The position numbers and the translations under genes were made by a program. This document shows positions 16,922 to 26,617 of a DNA stretch of 64,000 bases, piece after piece. Under the pieces are notes generated by a model. The model was given only the letters and a program-made list of their open reading frames with translations, was not told the origin of the DNA and searched no databases. Source of the stretch: Candidatus Bathyarchaeia archaeon. Its GTDB lineage: Archaea; Thermoproteota; Bathyarchaeia; Bathyarchaeales; Bathycorpusculaceae. The stretch spans positions 17,544 to 81,543 of the forward strand of contig JAVZNE010000006.1 of assembly GCA_038882975.1 (NCBI GenBank). Reading direction: 5' to 3'. The stretch's first letter is position 1; every line of letters begins with the position of its first letter.

Positions 16922-19900
16922 TTAGGAACCGCCCTCCAATTTTGACTTCTTCACAGTCCTATATATTAGGACAGCTGCAACGGCCAGAAATATGATGACG
17001 CCCGCCACAATAATCCATCTTTCAATCGTAAACTCTCCGCCTTTAACCGTCGGAGGTGAAACTTCTTGTAGTGTAATGGTTATGTTCATCTCCTTTGACT
17101 CCAGCTTGTTAAATATGTCATAATATCTTACAGTTAAAACAGCAGAGTCGCTATACTTGTTTACGTCCACCCTGAAGGCTATCTCTGAGCCGGGTTCAAC
17201 ATCGCCTATGAATGAGGACTGGGTAGCATCGCTAATTTGAAGCTCCACCTCGACGCGGTGGGCTATTGCTGAGCCATAATTAACAATTATGCCTGACACC
17301 GTCGAGGTTGCGCCTGTGCCGGTCGCCTTAACATTTCTTAATGTGAGGTCTATGAAGGGCTCAACCATCACAGTTATTGAATTGTTGAAAACATGTTGAT
17401 AGCCGCATGCATCCCTATAAATTATCGAAACCATAAATGGAACTGGTCCATACGTTACAGTCATGGTCCCACCGGTTTGTGTGTAAAAGCCGAGTGGGTT
17501 ATACGCCAATGTCAATGGGATTTTAAGGCTTTCTTCTGGGAGAATCCTCTCTACATAGTTTACAGCTGGCGAAGCAATAAGTATTGGCATTCCTTGGTAA
17601 GGCGAAATCACCACATAAGCATCGTAAACTGGTGAACTTCCATGGTTAACAAGGGTTAAAGAAGTGTTTGTGTATCGGCTTCTAACGCTGACGGTTTTCT
17701 CCATGGCTATTTCGATGTATCCAGCCCTTCCAAGGATAGCGACGGGCACTCTTATCGGGATTTGTCGGTTGCCGCCCCACCCATCAATGTAGGATAAGAA
17801 TCCATCAAAAATGTAGTTTCCAGCATTAACGTTAAATAAGTTGAGGTTAAACATGAAGGTTAGGATGTCTCCTCTGCTGTAAACCTGTGCTGGGCTGGCT
17901 TGCCGGGCACTTAAGAAGGCGTTTAGAATTTCTCCTAAGTTCTGCTGTTGGAGCGGGAGTTGCAGCTGCACCGATAACGGTGCAGCCCTAACAACGCTTG
18001 AGTTGTCCACAGCGTTGTAAATGCCTTCTGGCAGCTCTAGCACAAGCACAGCACCGTGAAGCCCATCCACGTAAACATTCCTGACAAGCACTATCAAGTG
18101 AGCACCATAAGTGTCTGGTCCAACAGAGCCCTCATACCATCTTGCATCCAAAACCTCCAAGGCTGAGCCATCATCGTTTACACATATTTGCACATTGAAG
18201 TTTTCAACACGTCTAACTCCGGGACCGCCGGAAAGCAGTATACAGTCAGCTGTTAATGTTGCGTTGTAGCCTCCTGGCAGTATATCGCCGACTGAAATCA
18301 TGAATGAAGCTGTAAGGGTGGCTAAGCTTCTAACGGGACCTTCAAGGTAGGCCGTGGCTTCGCCTAGTCCTTTCGAGGTTATTCCGGCTGGAAGCTTAAG
18401 CTTTAAGTTTACTCCGGCGATGGAGTAGGGCGCCCTATTCGCTAATGTCACCTGATATGTGGCGTTGCTTGTTCTTGGAAAAACATTCACATGGTTCTGC
18501 CATCCGGCATCCACAAGAGAGAGAATGCTTTCAGAAGCGGGATAACTTTCAATCGGCAAAGAAACTGTGAAGTTCCTTACTATGCTGACGTGGGTTCCAA
18601 ACTCCGTGAATATGTAGTTTGCAAAAATTTTCACGGGCACGTTTAGGGCTGTGGTGTTTATGTCAAAGTAGAGAACCGCTGTACATGCGCCGCCCCTGGC
18701 GACTGTTGTGGCACATGCCTCTGAATCCTTTACGGGTGTGAGATGCTGAGAAGAAGCGTTCACCACAACTCCCCAAACACTGTGCCGTCCATAATTAACC
18801 AGCCTAATTGTTAATGGCACATAACGCGAAGTCGAATAAACCGGTGCGGGGTCTGGATAACCCCAATAGGCGCTGACAAGAATGAGCTCAGGTACGTAAC
18901 TGTGGATTGTTTCAATGCTTATTGGAAAACGTATGGTCTGGTTCATGAGGAAGGATGCGCCAGAAACCATTTTGAGGTAAGTTATGTCCAATGTGCCTTC
19001 ATATAGCCCCTCAACCACATTCGAGTCTACGTCGAGGTTTAAGTCAACATAACATGTGCCGCCAGCAGGCATTCCATTAATATAGGTTCCAGAAATTGCT
19101 CTGACATCCATACCATTTGGAACCCTAGCACTAATATTCATAGCGCTTATGGCGTCGGGAAGCCTATTAATAAAGTATATTCTTAAAATAACGCCTCTTG
19201 CTGATGGAAGCAGTGGAGCAGCCTCTCCATTGTAAAGTGTGTTTACGGCTGCCACCATTATTGGCTCTTCTGGAGGTGGACTCTCCACCTTCACCAGAGC
19301 TTCCAAAGTTGTAGTATTGCTGTAGAGCACCCCATCATCTGTTCTCGCATTACAATCAGCGTGGATGGTGGCGCTATAATTACCCTTTTCAACGTTTATG
19401 GTTATCCCAGTAAAAGTTAGAGTGAAACGCTCCCCCCCATTTACAAGTCCCGTGCTTGCCCTTGGATTTTTGACAACAAAACCCTCCGGCAGTGTGACGT
19501 TAAAGTTTGCTGAATTAATGGTGCTTCCATTATTCTCCAATATTACGTAGAGATTTGTGTCCACAGAGCCCGGATAAGAGGCTGGCGAAAAATACGCATC
19601 CACAACTTTTAGAGAAATCTGCGGATAAGGCGAAACGGTGACCTTTATCTGGTATGTTTCAAATGCAATGCTGTTTTCTTTTACATAGGTTATGTTAAGC
19701 CCCAAATTGTAATCTTTCGGTTCTGCGGAGCTTGCGATATCAAGCAGATACTCAAAAGTGACATGAGTGTTTAATCCAACTTCTTGGGCAACGCTTCCGT
19801 TAAGAAGCCTCGCCGGGGAACAGGCGCCGCTTCCAGAAGTGAAGCTCATTCCATCGGTTAAGTTAAGCCATCCGACGATCTCTCTTGCAGTTGTGGTATT

Positions 19901-20107
19901 CTGGTAGACTGCTTCAATTTTTAGGCTTACCCTTCTACTGCCGGGATAGATTTCCGCCGTGTCAGCAGAAGACCTTACATTAACATATATTATGCGAAAA
20001 TCTTGAGGTGAAGCTTCCGAAACCACTTTGTGGACAATGATAGGCCCAAGCTGTAATAGAAGCGTAGTGGCCAATACGAGGGTTAAAACCTTCTTTAAAC
20101 TCTTCAT
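16922..20107 (-). CDS. COG1361-type S-layer-domain protein
   Basis: Signal peptide, repeated Ig-like modules (xxNxG..A), C-terminal TM + basic tail; lies between ABC ATPase and permease genes. Confidence 0.8.
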   Translation of the reverse strand: MKSLKKVLTLVLATTLLLQLGPIIVHKVVSEASPQDFRIIYVNVRSSADTAEIYPGSRRVSLKIEAVYQNTTTAREIVGWLNLTDGMSFTSGSGACSPARLLNGSVAQEVGLNTHVTFEYLLDIASSAEPKDYNLGLNITYVKENSIAFETYQIKVTVSPYPQISLKVVDAYFSPASYPGSVDTNLYVILENNGSTINSANFNVTLPEGFVVKNPRASTGLVNGGERFTLTFTGITINVEKGNYSATIHADCNARTDDGVLYSNTTTLEALVKVESPPPEEPIMVAAVNTLYNGEAAPLLPSARGVILRIYFINRLPDAISAMNISARVPNGMDVRAISGTYINGMPAGGTCYVDLNLDVDSNVVEGLYEGTLDITYLKMVSGASFLMNQTIRFPISIETIHSYVPELILVSAYWGYPDPAPVYSTSRYVPLTIRLVNYGRHSVWGVVVNASSQHLTPVKDSEACATTVARGGACTAVLYFDINTTALNVPVKIFANYIFTEFGTHVSIVRNFTVSLPIESYPASESILSLVDAGWQNHVNVFPRTSNATYQVTLANRAPYSIAGVNLKLKLPAGITSKGLGEATAYLEGPVRSLATLTASFMISVGDILPGGYNATLTADCILLSGGPGVRRVENFNVQICVNDDGSALEVLDARWYEGSVGPDTYGAHLIVLVRNVYVDGLHGAVLVLELPEGIYNAVDNSSVVRAAPLSVQLQLPLQQQNLGEILNAFLSARQASPAQVYSRGDILTFMFNLNLFNVNAGNYIFDGFLSYIDGWGGNRQIPIRVPVAILGRAGYIEIAMEKTVSVRSRYTNTSLTLVNHGSSPVYDAYVVISPYQGMPILIASPAVNYVERILPEESLKIPLTLAYNPLGFYTQTGGTMTVTYGPVPFMVSIIYRDACGYQHVFNNSITVMVEPFIDLTLRNVKATGTGATSTVSGIIVNYGSAIAHRVEVELQISDATQSSFIGDVEPGSEIAFRVDVNKYSDSAVLTVRYYDIFNKLESKEMNITITLQEVSPPTVKGGEFTIERWIIVAGVIIFLAVAAVLIYRTVKKSKLEGGS

Positions 20108-20131
20108 GTCTTCACCTTCTTATGAGAGCAA

Positions 20132-20878
20132 TTACACCTTACTAATAAGGGATTCCGCCTTATTAGGCATGTACTCACCAACAATCTCTCCATCCCTAAT
20201 AACAAAAATTTTTTCCATACAGTTCGCCACCTCAGGGTCGTGGGTTACAACCACCACCGTATGTCCAGCCTTATTCAGGTTCAGAAAAGTTTCAACAACA
20301 ACTTTGGCTGAGGCTCTGTCTAAATTGCCCGTGGGCTCATCAGCCAACAAAACAACGGGTTTTCCAACAATGGCTCTTGCAATTGCCACTCGCTGCTGCT
20401 GACCACCAGAAAGCTGATTAGGCTTTTTTGGAAGCCAGCTCTCATCGCCGCCAACCCTTGTTATGGCGTCTAAAACCATTTTTGCTCTAACACTGCGAGG
20501 GATTCCGCGAGGTATGAGGGGCAACTCGATGTTTTCGAAGACACTTAACCTATTGACCAGGTTGAAGGTTTGGAAGACGAAGCCAAGCTTGATGTTGCGT
20601 AAATTGGCCAATGCTTTGTCGTCAAGCTTTGAAACGTCAAAGCCGTCGAAGAAAATTTTGCCTTTTGTAGGTCTGTCCAAAAGCCCTATCATGTTGAGAA
20701 GTGTTGTTTTCCCCGAGCCTGAAGGCCCCATTATGGCGATGAGTTGCCCCCTAAAAACTTGGAAATTAATTTTCTTTAAGGCCACTGTTGAAATAGTCCC
20801 AACACTATACTCTTTGTAAACGTCCACCAGTTCGATTATTGGTTTCTGCTGTGTTTGTTCGGTCAATTCTATCCTCAT
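20132..20878 (-). CDS. ABC transporter ATP-binding protein (MacB/LolD-like)
   Basis: GPSGSGKTT, LSGGQQQR, LADEPTGNLD, VTHD. Confidence 0.95.
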   Translation of the reverse strand: MRIELTEQTQQKPIIELVDVYKEYSVGTISTVALKKINFQVFRGQLIAIMGPSGSGKTTLLNMIGLLDRPTKGKIFFDGFDVSKLDDKALANLRNIKLGFVFQTFNLVNRLSVFENIELPLIPRGIPRSVRAKMVLDAITRVGGDESWLPKKPNQLSGGQQQRVAIARAIVGKPVVLLADEPTGNLDRASAKVVVETFLNLNKAGHTVVVVTHDPEVANCMEKIFVIRDGEIVGEYMPNKAESLISKV

Positions 20879-21095
20879 CGCATATTTTGGCATCATAGCA
20901 AATAACACAAGACCATATATACCATTTACTCTTCCAACCAAACATTGAATATTGCTGGGTATCTAGCAAGATTTATATGTGTGGCCGCCTTTTTTGATGC
21001 TAACTGGCCTCTGCTGAAACTCGGTGTTCAGCAAAAGCGGACACTTGAGTTTTTGGCGTTTGAGGCTGGTTCCGCGATAAGGACGAAAAAACAGT

Positions 21096-21380
21096 ATGCC
21101 AAGAAGGCTTCCAGAAAAAACAAAAAACATCCAGAGAAAACCAAGAAGGTTTGGGAGTAGCCGACGCTTCAACCCCGGCAAACCCTTTTTCCAAATGGCG
21201 CCAGTCAAGGAGAATCAGGAGCTTGAGGTTGTTATAGACGACATTGGAAGCAGAGGGGACGGAATAGCCCGAATACAGGGCTACTTGATTTTTGTTCCAA
21301 ACAGCAAAATAGGCGAACGCGTCAAAGTGCGCATTGTTTCTGTTGGAGGAAAATTCGCCGTCGCGGAAAGAATAGCCTAA
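21096..21380 (+). CDS. Stand-alone TRAM-domain RNA-binding protein with basic N-tail
   Basis: APVKE..E.EV.IDDIGSRGDGIARIQGY.IFVP. Confidence 0.88.
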   Translation: MPRRLPEKTKNIQRKPRRFGSSRRFNPGKPFFQMAPVKENQELEVVIDDIGSRGDGIARIQGYLIFVPNSKIGERVKVRIVSVGGKFAVAERIA

Positions 21381-21396
21381 AAAGGATGGTGAAAAA

Positions 21397-21687
21397 ATGA
21401 AGATTAAGGAACTGCGAAATGGGATGAAACGGGTAAACGTCGAAGCCAAGGTCGTAGAAAAATCAGCGCCACGTGAAGTTCTATCCAGATTCAGTGACAC
21501 AACCCACAAGGTGGCAACAGCCATAATAGCAGACGAAACAGGCACTATAAAGCTGACCCTATGGAACGACCAGATAAACCAGGTAAACATCAACGACACA
21601 GTCAAGGTGGAAAACGGTTACGTGACAAGCTTCAAGGGAGAAATCCAGCTGAACGTCGGCAAATACGGAAAACTCACAGTTGAATAA
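21397..21687 (+). CDS. ssb: Single OB-fold ssDNA-binding protein (crenarchaeal SSB-like)
   Basis: IADETGTIKLTLW, VENGYVTSFKGEIQLNVGKYG; GGTGA SD upstream. Confidence 0.85.
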   Translation: MKIKELRNGMKRVNVEAKVVEKSAPREVLSRFSDTTHKVATAIIADETGTIKLTLWNDQINQVNINDTVKVENGYVTSFKGEIQLNVGKYGKLTVE

Positions 21688-21733
21688 ACCTGCGCGGAAA
21701 ATTTTGAACCGAAATAAAAGAGAGGTGAAAAGT

Positions 21734-22000
21734 ATGGAAGAAAGAAGAAGGTTCGGCGGAAGAAGAGAATTCGGAAGAGGACCAAGAAGGTTCCCGCCAA
21801 AACCAGTTGAAATAGGCAAAGAATACGAAGTAGACGTCACAGAAACAAGCAGAAGAGGCGAAGGAATAGCCCGCATCCAAGGACTAGTAACCTTCATACC
21901 AAACACAAAACCAGGCGACCACGTGAAAATAAAGATAACAAGGATCAGCCGAAGATTCGCCGAAGCCGAAGTTGTAGAAGCCGGAGCAACAGAAGAATAA
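21734..22000 (+). CDS. Stand-alone TRAM-domain protein with R/G/F-rich N-tail
   Basis: PKPVEIGKEYEVDV...RGEGIARIQG..FIP; GAGGTGA SD before ATG 21734. Confidence 0.88.
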   Translation: MEERRRFGGRREFGRGPRRFPPKPVEIGKEYEVDVTETSRRGEGIARIQGLVTFIPNTKPGDHVKIKITRISRRFAEAEVVEAGATEE

Positions 22001-22151
22001 GAAGATGCGTAGAAAATTTCAGATGATCTAATTGCATCGTGAGGTTGTAGTTTCAAATTCGCTTTTTTCCATGAAGCACTATTTTCTAAAGTACCAATAA
22101 TCCGCAAGGAGCACATTGTACATCGCTGAAAATTGTGCACACGATGTCTTT

Positions 22152-22937
22152 TTATATGAGTGCCTTACCGCAATAAATACAGAATGAATATTCTAGGCTG
22201 ATTTCCTTTTGGCAGTTAGGGCATTTAGCTTTGAGAGGTGCGCCACAAACCTCGCAGTATTTTGCAGTTATAGATGTGGTAATATTTTTGCAGCGAGGAC
22301 AATGTTTAGTTATAGTTGCTTTTTCTTCTAGAATTTTTCTTGAAATAGGTGAAGATAAAACCGATAAGCCTTGCCCATTCAAAAAAGCTGATACCTTGTC
22401 ATTAATTATTGGGTAGATGTCCTTTGCAATGCAATAACCAATGTATTCCTTATTCGTTCTCCAATCTTTTACTTTGGTTTCCTCTAAAATGTTTAGCCTC
22501 GTGAGTATTTTCAACAATTTTCCTATTCTATTATCGTAATAGCGGGTTTTCGTGAACCATCCTTTTGGTAATTGAAAATGCTTTTCTAACATCGCCCCAA
22601 GTTGGGAGCCATACATTGGTTTATTTCGATTTTCAACTAACACAGCTAGAATAGATAAACTCGTGACAGGTCTATATCCTAAGACTATTAACTCAATAAC
22701 GGATTTTACCGGTTCCTTAATTTTTCCATAATCGTCAATTAAATCCTTATTGAAAAAAGCTATGTCAATGTATTTCGGTGGTCCCTCTTCACAATATCTG
22801 GGCCAAATAAATGTCTTAAGAAGTTTCCAAGGATACTCAGACACAAAACTCCCTTCATGGTTAGTTACAAAATCAAGTAATACCAGAATAATATTAATTT
22901 TTTCCAACGCAGATAACGTAATAACAAAATCACGCAA
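22152..22937 (-). CDS. Putative winged-helix protein with C-terminal double zinc ribbon
   Basis: PadR-like segment ILAVL...PMYGSQL...L..LNILE; four CxxC pairs at the C-terminus. Confidence 0.6.
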   Translation of the reverse strand: MRDFVITLSALEKINIILVLLDFVTNHEGSFVSEYPWKLLKTFIWPRYCEEGPPKYIDIAFFNKDLIDDYGKIKEPVKSVIELIVLGYRPVTSLSILAVLVENRNKPMYGSQLGAMLEKHFQLPKGWFTKTRYYDNRIGKLLKILTRLNILEETKVKDWRTNKEYIGYCIAKDIYPIINDKVSAFLNGQGLSVLSSPISRKILEEKATITKHCPRCKNITTSITAKYCEVCGAPLKAKCPNCQKEISLEYSFCIYCGKALI

Positions 22938-22987
22938 GAAAAATGTCTTATATCATTTCTAAGAAAACCGTTTCGAGAGGAGAGAAC

Positions 22988-23869
22988 ATGAGGAAAACAC
23001 TCTTGAGAATTATAACTTTGGCTGTCCTCTTTCTAGCGCTTTCAAGAATGTTAGTCACCATCAAACCTACATATGCAACTTCTGGTGTACTACAACCAGC
23101 TCCATTTCTAAATAACCCAGTTTTCACTAATGGTCTTAATGGTTGGTCACGAAATCTATTGGAAAATCTAGGCACAAACATCATTACGTCAGATTCAACG
23201 TATGGAAGCTCTGCGAAACTTTATGTTTCTGGTGCTCCAGCAGCGGGAGATATTGAACAGAGAATAACACAACCAATATTGAAAGGGACAAAAATTGTGA
23301 TAAGGGTTTATCAAACAAATACGGCGAATTTTGGTGGTTGGGGCGCTTATCTCTATAATGGAACGTTTGCTGGAATAGATCCAGATTCTAAGCACACATG
23401 CAATCAATATGCTGCTAATGTTGCTGGTGCAATATATACTCCTCTTGACGGTACATTGACCGCTATTGTTGAATACACAGCAAACCGGACAGAAGGTTAC
23501 AAGACGGTTTACTGGACTGCTGACAGAGATTATCCTGCTGGAACGTGGTTTATTTTTGCTGGTAGTGTATGGCCAGGAACAGCTACCTATTGGTTTCTTG
23601 GAGTTTACATTAGTGAGGAGCCCGTTGGAGGGGAATCTTTTATTGCTCCATTTTGGTTGCAGTGGTGGTTCTGGACAATTATAGTAAGTATAGTGACAAT
23701 TGCTATTGTTTGTTTTTGGCTTGTTCAAAGAAAAACTATGCAAAAACACGAAAAGGAAAACCACCAAATTGCGAAAACTGGCATAAACTACAAAACTTGT
23801 CCAAACTGTGGTGCTAAATTACCAGCTGATTCACAATTTTGTGGAAAATGTGGAACTCGTTTAGAATAA
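22988..23869 (+). CDS. Membrane-anchored protein: signal peptide, extracellular beta-rich domain, TM, cytoplasmic Zn ribbon
   Basis: Signal peptide; PVGG..APFWLQWWFW TM; CPNCG..FCGKCG. Confidence 0.7.
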   Translation: MRKTLLRIITLAVLFLALSRMLVTIKPTYATSGVLQPAPFLNNPVFTNGLNGWSRNLLENLGTNIITSDSTYGSSAKLYVSGAPAAGDIEQRITQPILKGTKIVIRVYQTNTANFGGWGAYLYNGTFAGIDPDSKHTCNQYAANVAGAIYTPLDGTLTAIVEYTANRTEGYKTVYWTADRDYPAGTWFIFAGSVWPGTATYWFLGVYISEEPVGGESFIAPFWLQWWFWTIIVSIVTIAIVCFWLVQRKTMQKHEKENHQIAKTGINYKTCPNCGAKLPADSQFCGKCGTRLE

Positions 23870-23941
23870 TCCCCTCTTTTTTATTTTCAGTATTTTACAT
23901 TCATAGCGAGCAGAAACTTTTCTGGTTTTAAAAAAGGGAAG

Positions 23942-24350
23942 TTATTGACTGTATCTTGCTTGCAGTCCGAGATTGTCGCCTAATCCAAAGTGTCTGCTTG
24001 TACGTTTCTCCATAGCTTGAATAGCCATACATCGTCAGCCAGTAATCCACATCGTCATAAAGGTCGGCTAGGCCGCACCAGTGGCCAAACTCATGCGTCA
24101 TAATGTTCTGCACATTCATTTCGTCCACTTCACCGCTTAAACTCCATTTGAAAAGAGTGTTCATCCGCGTGTCAGTTTCCATCATTTTGTCGCCTGAATA
24201 CCATATGTATGTAACTGCAATAACGTTTGGATTCGAACACAATCCCCAAGCAACAACGTTGTAGCCATCACGCATCCGGCGCTTCTATGGGTCGTACCTG
24301 ATAAGCGAAAAGGATAAAACTTGTTTGCTCATTCCAACGTTTGCCGCAAC
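23942..24350 (-). pseudogene. Frameshifted, truncated matrixin (M10-like) metallopeptidase
   Basis: HEFGHWCGL and TMYGY Met-turn. Removing one T near 23987-23989 restores a plausible end LGLGDNLGLQARYSQ*. Upstream WNEQTSFILFAYQ sits in another frame; no signal peptide. Confidence 0.7.
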
Positions 24351-24495
24351 CCAAAATTTTGAACTACCACTTCTTTCTCCTTTTCGCTTTCAAGTTCTGC
24401 GCATTTTCTCGTATCGCTTATACCATAACCTTTCATGGAGTTTTGTTGGTGGGGCCGGATAGACTAAAACTTTCGTTTAAATTTTACAAATCAAA

Positions 24496-24696
24496 TTATT
24501 TTTTGAGTGCTCTGGCTTTGAAGTTTGTTATGGTTATGCCTACTATTTCGTTGTCTGCTATGCGGTAGATTATTCCATCCTCAACTTCAACGCTATCTTG
24601 GGCTTGTCTGGGCTTTCCAAAGCTTATATATAGCACATCCGCTTCTTCGTCGTAGTCCAAATCAATTTTTTCTAGGCTTACCGCAACTTTTTCCAT
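24496..24696 (-). CDS. DUF2283 family protein (putative antitoxin)
   Basis: YDEEADVLYISF, IVGITI. Confidence 0.85.
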   Translation of the reverse strand: MEKVAVSLEKIDLDYDEEADVLYISFGKPRQAQDSVEVEDGIIYRIADNEIVGITITNFKARALKK

Positions 24697-24977
24697 ACTA
24701 TTTCGCCTTTAACCCTAGCTACATTAGAAGTGAAGTAGGCGGTTATAATAACCTTTTCTTCGCCTTTTTCACGGTAAATAACAACGAGATACTTCGGTCC
24801 AATATGGAGGTTGGCGTAAAATTTTAAAGCTTTAAACTCGCCCCTCAACCCTTTAATAATTAAATCAGGATCTTGAACCGCCATAACTATTTCATGCGTG
24901 TAACGTGCAACTTCCGGATGCCTACTAACAATATGATTAAGAACCTTTCTGGATATTTTTATGCTCATTGCTATCAT
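24678..24977 (-). CDS. BECR/RelE-like putative ribonuclease toxin (DUF4258/PBECR-like)
   Basis: HIVSRHPE, DPDLII.G, YLVVIY, IITAY; overlaps the DUF2283 gene. Confidence 0.7.
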   Translation of the reverse strand: MIAMSIKISRKVLNHIVSRHPEVARYTHEIVMAVQDPDLIIKGLRGEFKALKFYANLHIGPKYLVVIYREKGEEKVIITAYFTSNVARVKGEIVWKKLR

Positions 24978-25202
24978 CTCATATGCTAGATTATTTAGGT
25001 TGCAATATTTCTAAGCTACAAGAGGTTATTTGGCTTACGTTATTTAAAAGGGAAATACGAATTAGCATAACTTTTGTAAAATTTAAATGGTCAAACTAAT
25101 CCCGTCGTCTCGTGTTAGACGACTGACTTGAAAAAGGCAAGTTTCTTACTTTGTTTTTGCGAAGCCGCTGCATAAACATTGCTTTGAAATTGCTTAAAAA
25201 TG

Positions 25203-25373
25203 TGGGGCCGGCCGGATTTGAACCGACGACCTTTCCCCGAAACAGCGCTTGGCTGTTTCTACGGGTTTCTCTACTGCTGACCGCTCCAGAACCTCTTCAT
25301 TCCGCTTTAGCGGTCCGCAAACCCGTTTTGTTGTTCTGGAGCCCGTCGTCATACCTGCCTAGACTACGGCCCC
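25203..25373 (-). tRNA. trnW: tRNA-Trp(CCA) with two introns (37/38 at 25267-25335; about 43/44 at 25233-25260)
   Basis: Acceptor GGGGCCG/CGGCCCC, anticodon arm ACGGG-CTCCAGA-CCCGT after intron removal, T-arm GTCGG-TTCAAAT-CCGGC; relaxed bulge-helix-bulge junctions. Confidence 0.9.
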
Positions 25374-25495
25374 CTTTTCGAGCGGTTTACGGCATTAGAT
25401 TTTACTGGAAATTTTGGGATATATGCGTTATTCTGTTTTGTTTGGAATAATGCTTATTTACCATTTTACAAAGGTTTATTATGGTTTGTTAGTGT

Positions 25496-26617
25496 TTGAA
25501 TTGGAGTAAATGTGATGGAGATTTGACTGAAGAAGGTGTTGCTGGAGCTAAGGGCAGGTTCGTCTTGTATAGGGATTTAGATGGAACCACCTATGAGGTT
25601 GATTTGCCATTAACTTCTTATGTTGATGCTACGGCTTTAAGGCAAAGTTTAGGCTTGCCATCATACATTGATTTGAATTATTTCCCAATGAAGAGCGCCA
25701 TGGTTGTGCTTTGGGCGGCTGTGAACGCGCCGAAACTTCATGAGCTTTATCCAAACGCCTTTGAAAAAGTTGTAAGCAAAAATCCCATTCCCGCCCTGTT
25801 GTTTGGCGGCGCAGCCGTAAAGATTCATTGTCCAAGCGCTAATGCTGGCGGCTCGCTGGAAAGGCCGATTAAGGACACGGATTTTATAGTTCCGAAAAAG
25901 CAGGGAATCGACTTCTACAAGCTTCTGTTAAGGATGGATAGGGCTTTTGGCACACAATACAAGTCTTTTGCAACAGCAAATGACAGGCGGTTTAATGCTT
26001 GGAGGCATGGCGAGAGATACAGGCTAACAACAATTAATGACGTGACCCCTGAGGGGCTGCCAAAAATAACTGTTTTGGATTTGTTCTGCGACGTTATCGA
26101 TTTGAGGCATAGGGTGGATGTTCGGGATGTCTTCCCAAACTATAAAGAAAACCTTTACACTATTGGCTTAGAGAACCTCATAATTTCAAAAGCTCAGTTT
26201 ATTCTCGATATGCCAAAAGAATGTGCAGACGAGCTGAAGAAATGTGAATGTGACTATAGGATTCTCTCATATCCATATTATGCGGAGGACAAGATTATTG
26301 TTGGAATGGAGGAGAAAGACGTTAAGGATGTGTGCGCCATATTTTTAGACCATGAAATTGGGGTTGGAACTGAAACCATAAATGCGCAGAAGATGAGGAG
26401 GATTCTAGACAAGGATAAGAAGCTTGCTTTAACCGTCACTTTGAACCTTAAAAACTTGGTGGAGAAAGCTGATGTTCTCCGGAAGTGGATGTCAAAGAGC
26501 GAAATTTCAACAGTGGCTTATCGTGTACAAGAGCTTCTTAAGGTGTTGCCTGTTGTGGATAAAAAGTGGGACAAGCCCTGGTGGAACACTGCTGTGGAAA
26601 CTCCAATCATTGAGTAG
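25496..26617 (+). CDS. Uncharacterised Pol-beta-superfamily nucleotidyltransferase (start may be TTG 25523)
   Basis: FGGAAVKIH, KDTDF, LDLF, ISKAQ, EKDVKD motifs. Confidence 0.7.
   Translation: MNWSKCDGDLTEEGVAGAKGRFVLYRDLDGTTYEVDLPLTSYVDATALRQSLGLPSYIDLNYFPMKSAMVVLWAAVNAPKLHELYPNAFEKVVSKNPIPALLFGGAAVKIHCPSANAGGSLERPIKDTDFIVPKKQGIDFYKLLLRMDRAFGTQYKSFATANDRRFNAWRHGERYRLTTINDVTPEGLPKITVLDLFCDVIDLRHRVDVRDVFPNYKENLYTIGLENLIISKAQFILDMPKECADELKKCECDYRILSYPYYAEDKIIVGMEEKDVKDVCAIFLDHEIGVGTETINAQKMRRILDKDKKLALTVTLNLKNLVEKADVLRKWMSKSEISTVAYRVQELLKVLPVVDKKWDKPWWNTAVETPIIE

Noticed and set aside
25101-25123. CCCGTCGTC match to tRNA-Trp and hairpin GTCGTCT/AGACGAC as an att site
   Set aside because: Only 9 bp, matches the 5' half rather than the 3' end of the tRNA, and no integrase is present; could be chance or a terminator.
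25151-25450. 99-aa ORF
   Set aside because: Antisense shadow of tRNA-Trp (GPAGFEP is the translated T-arm).
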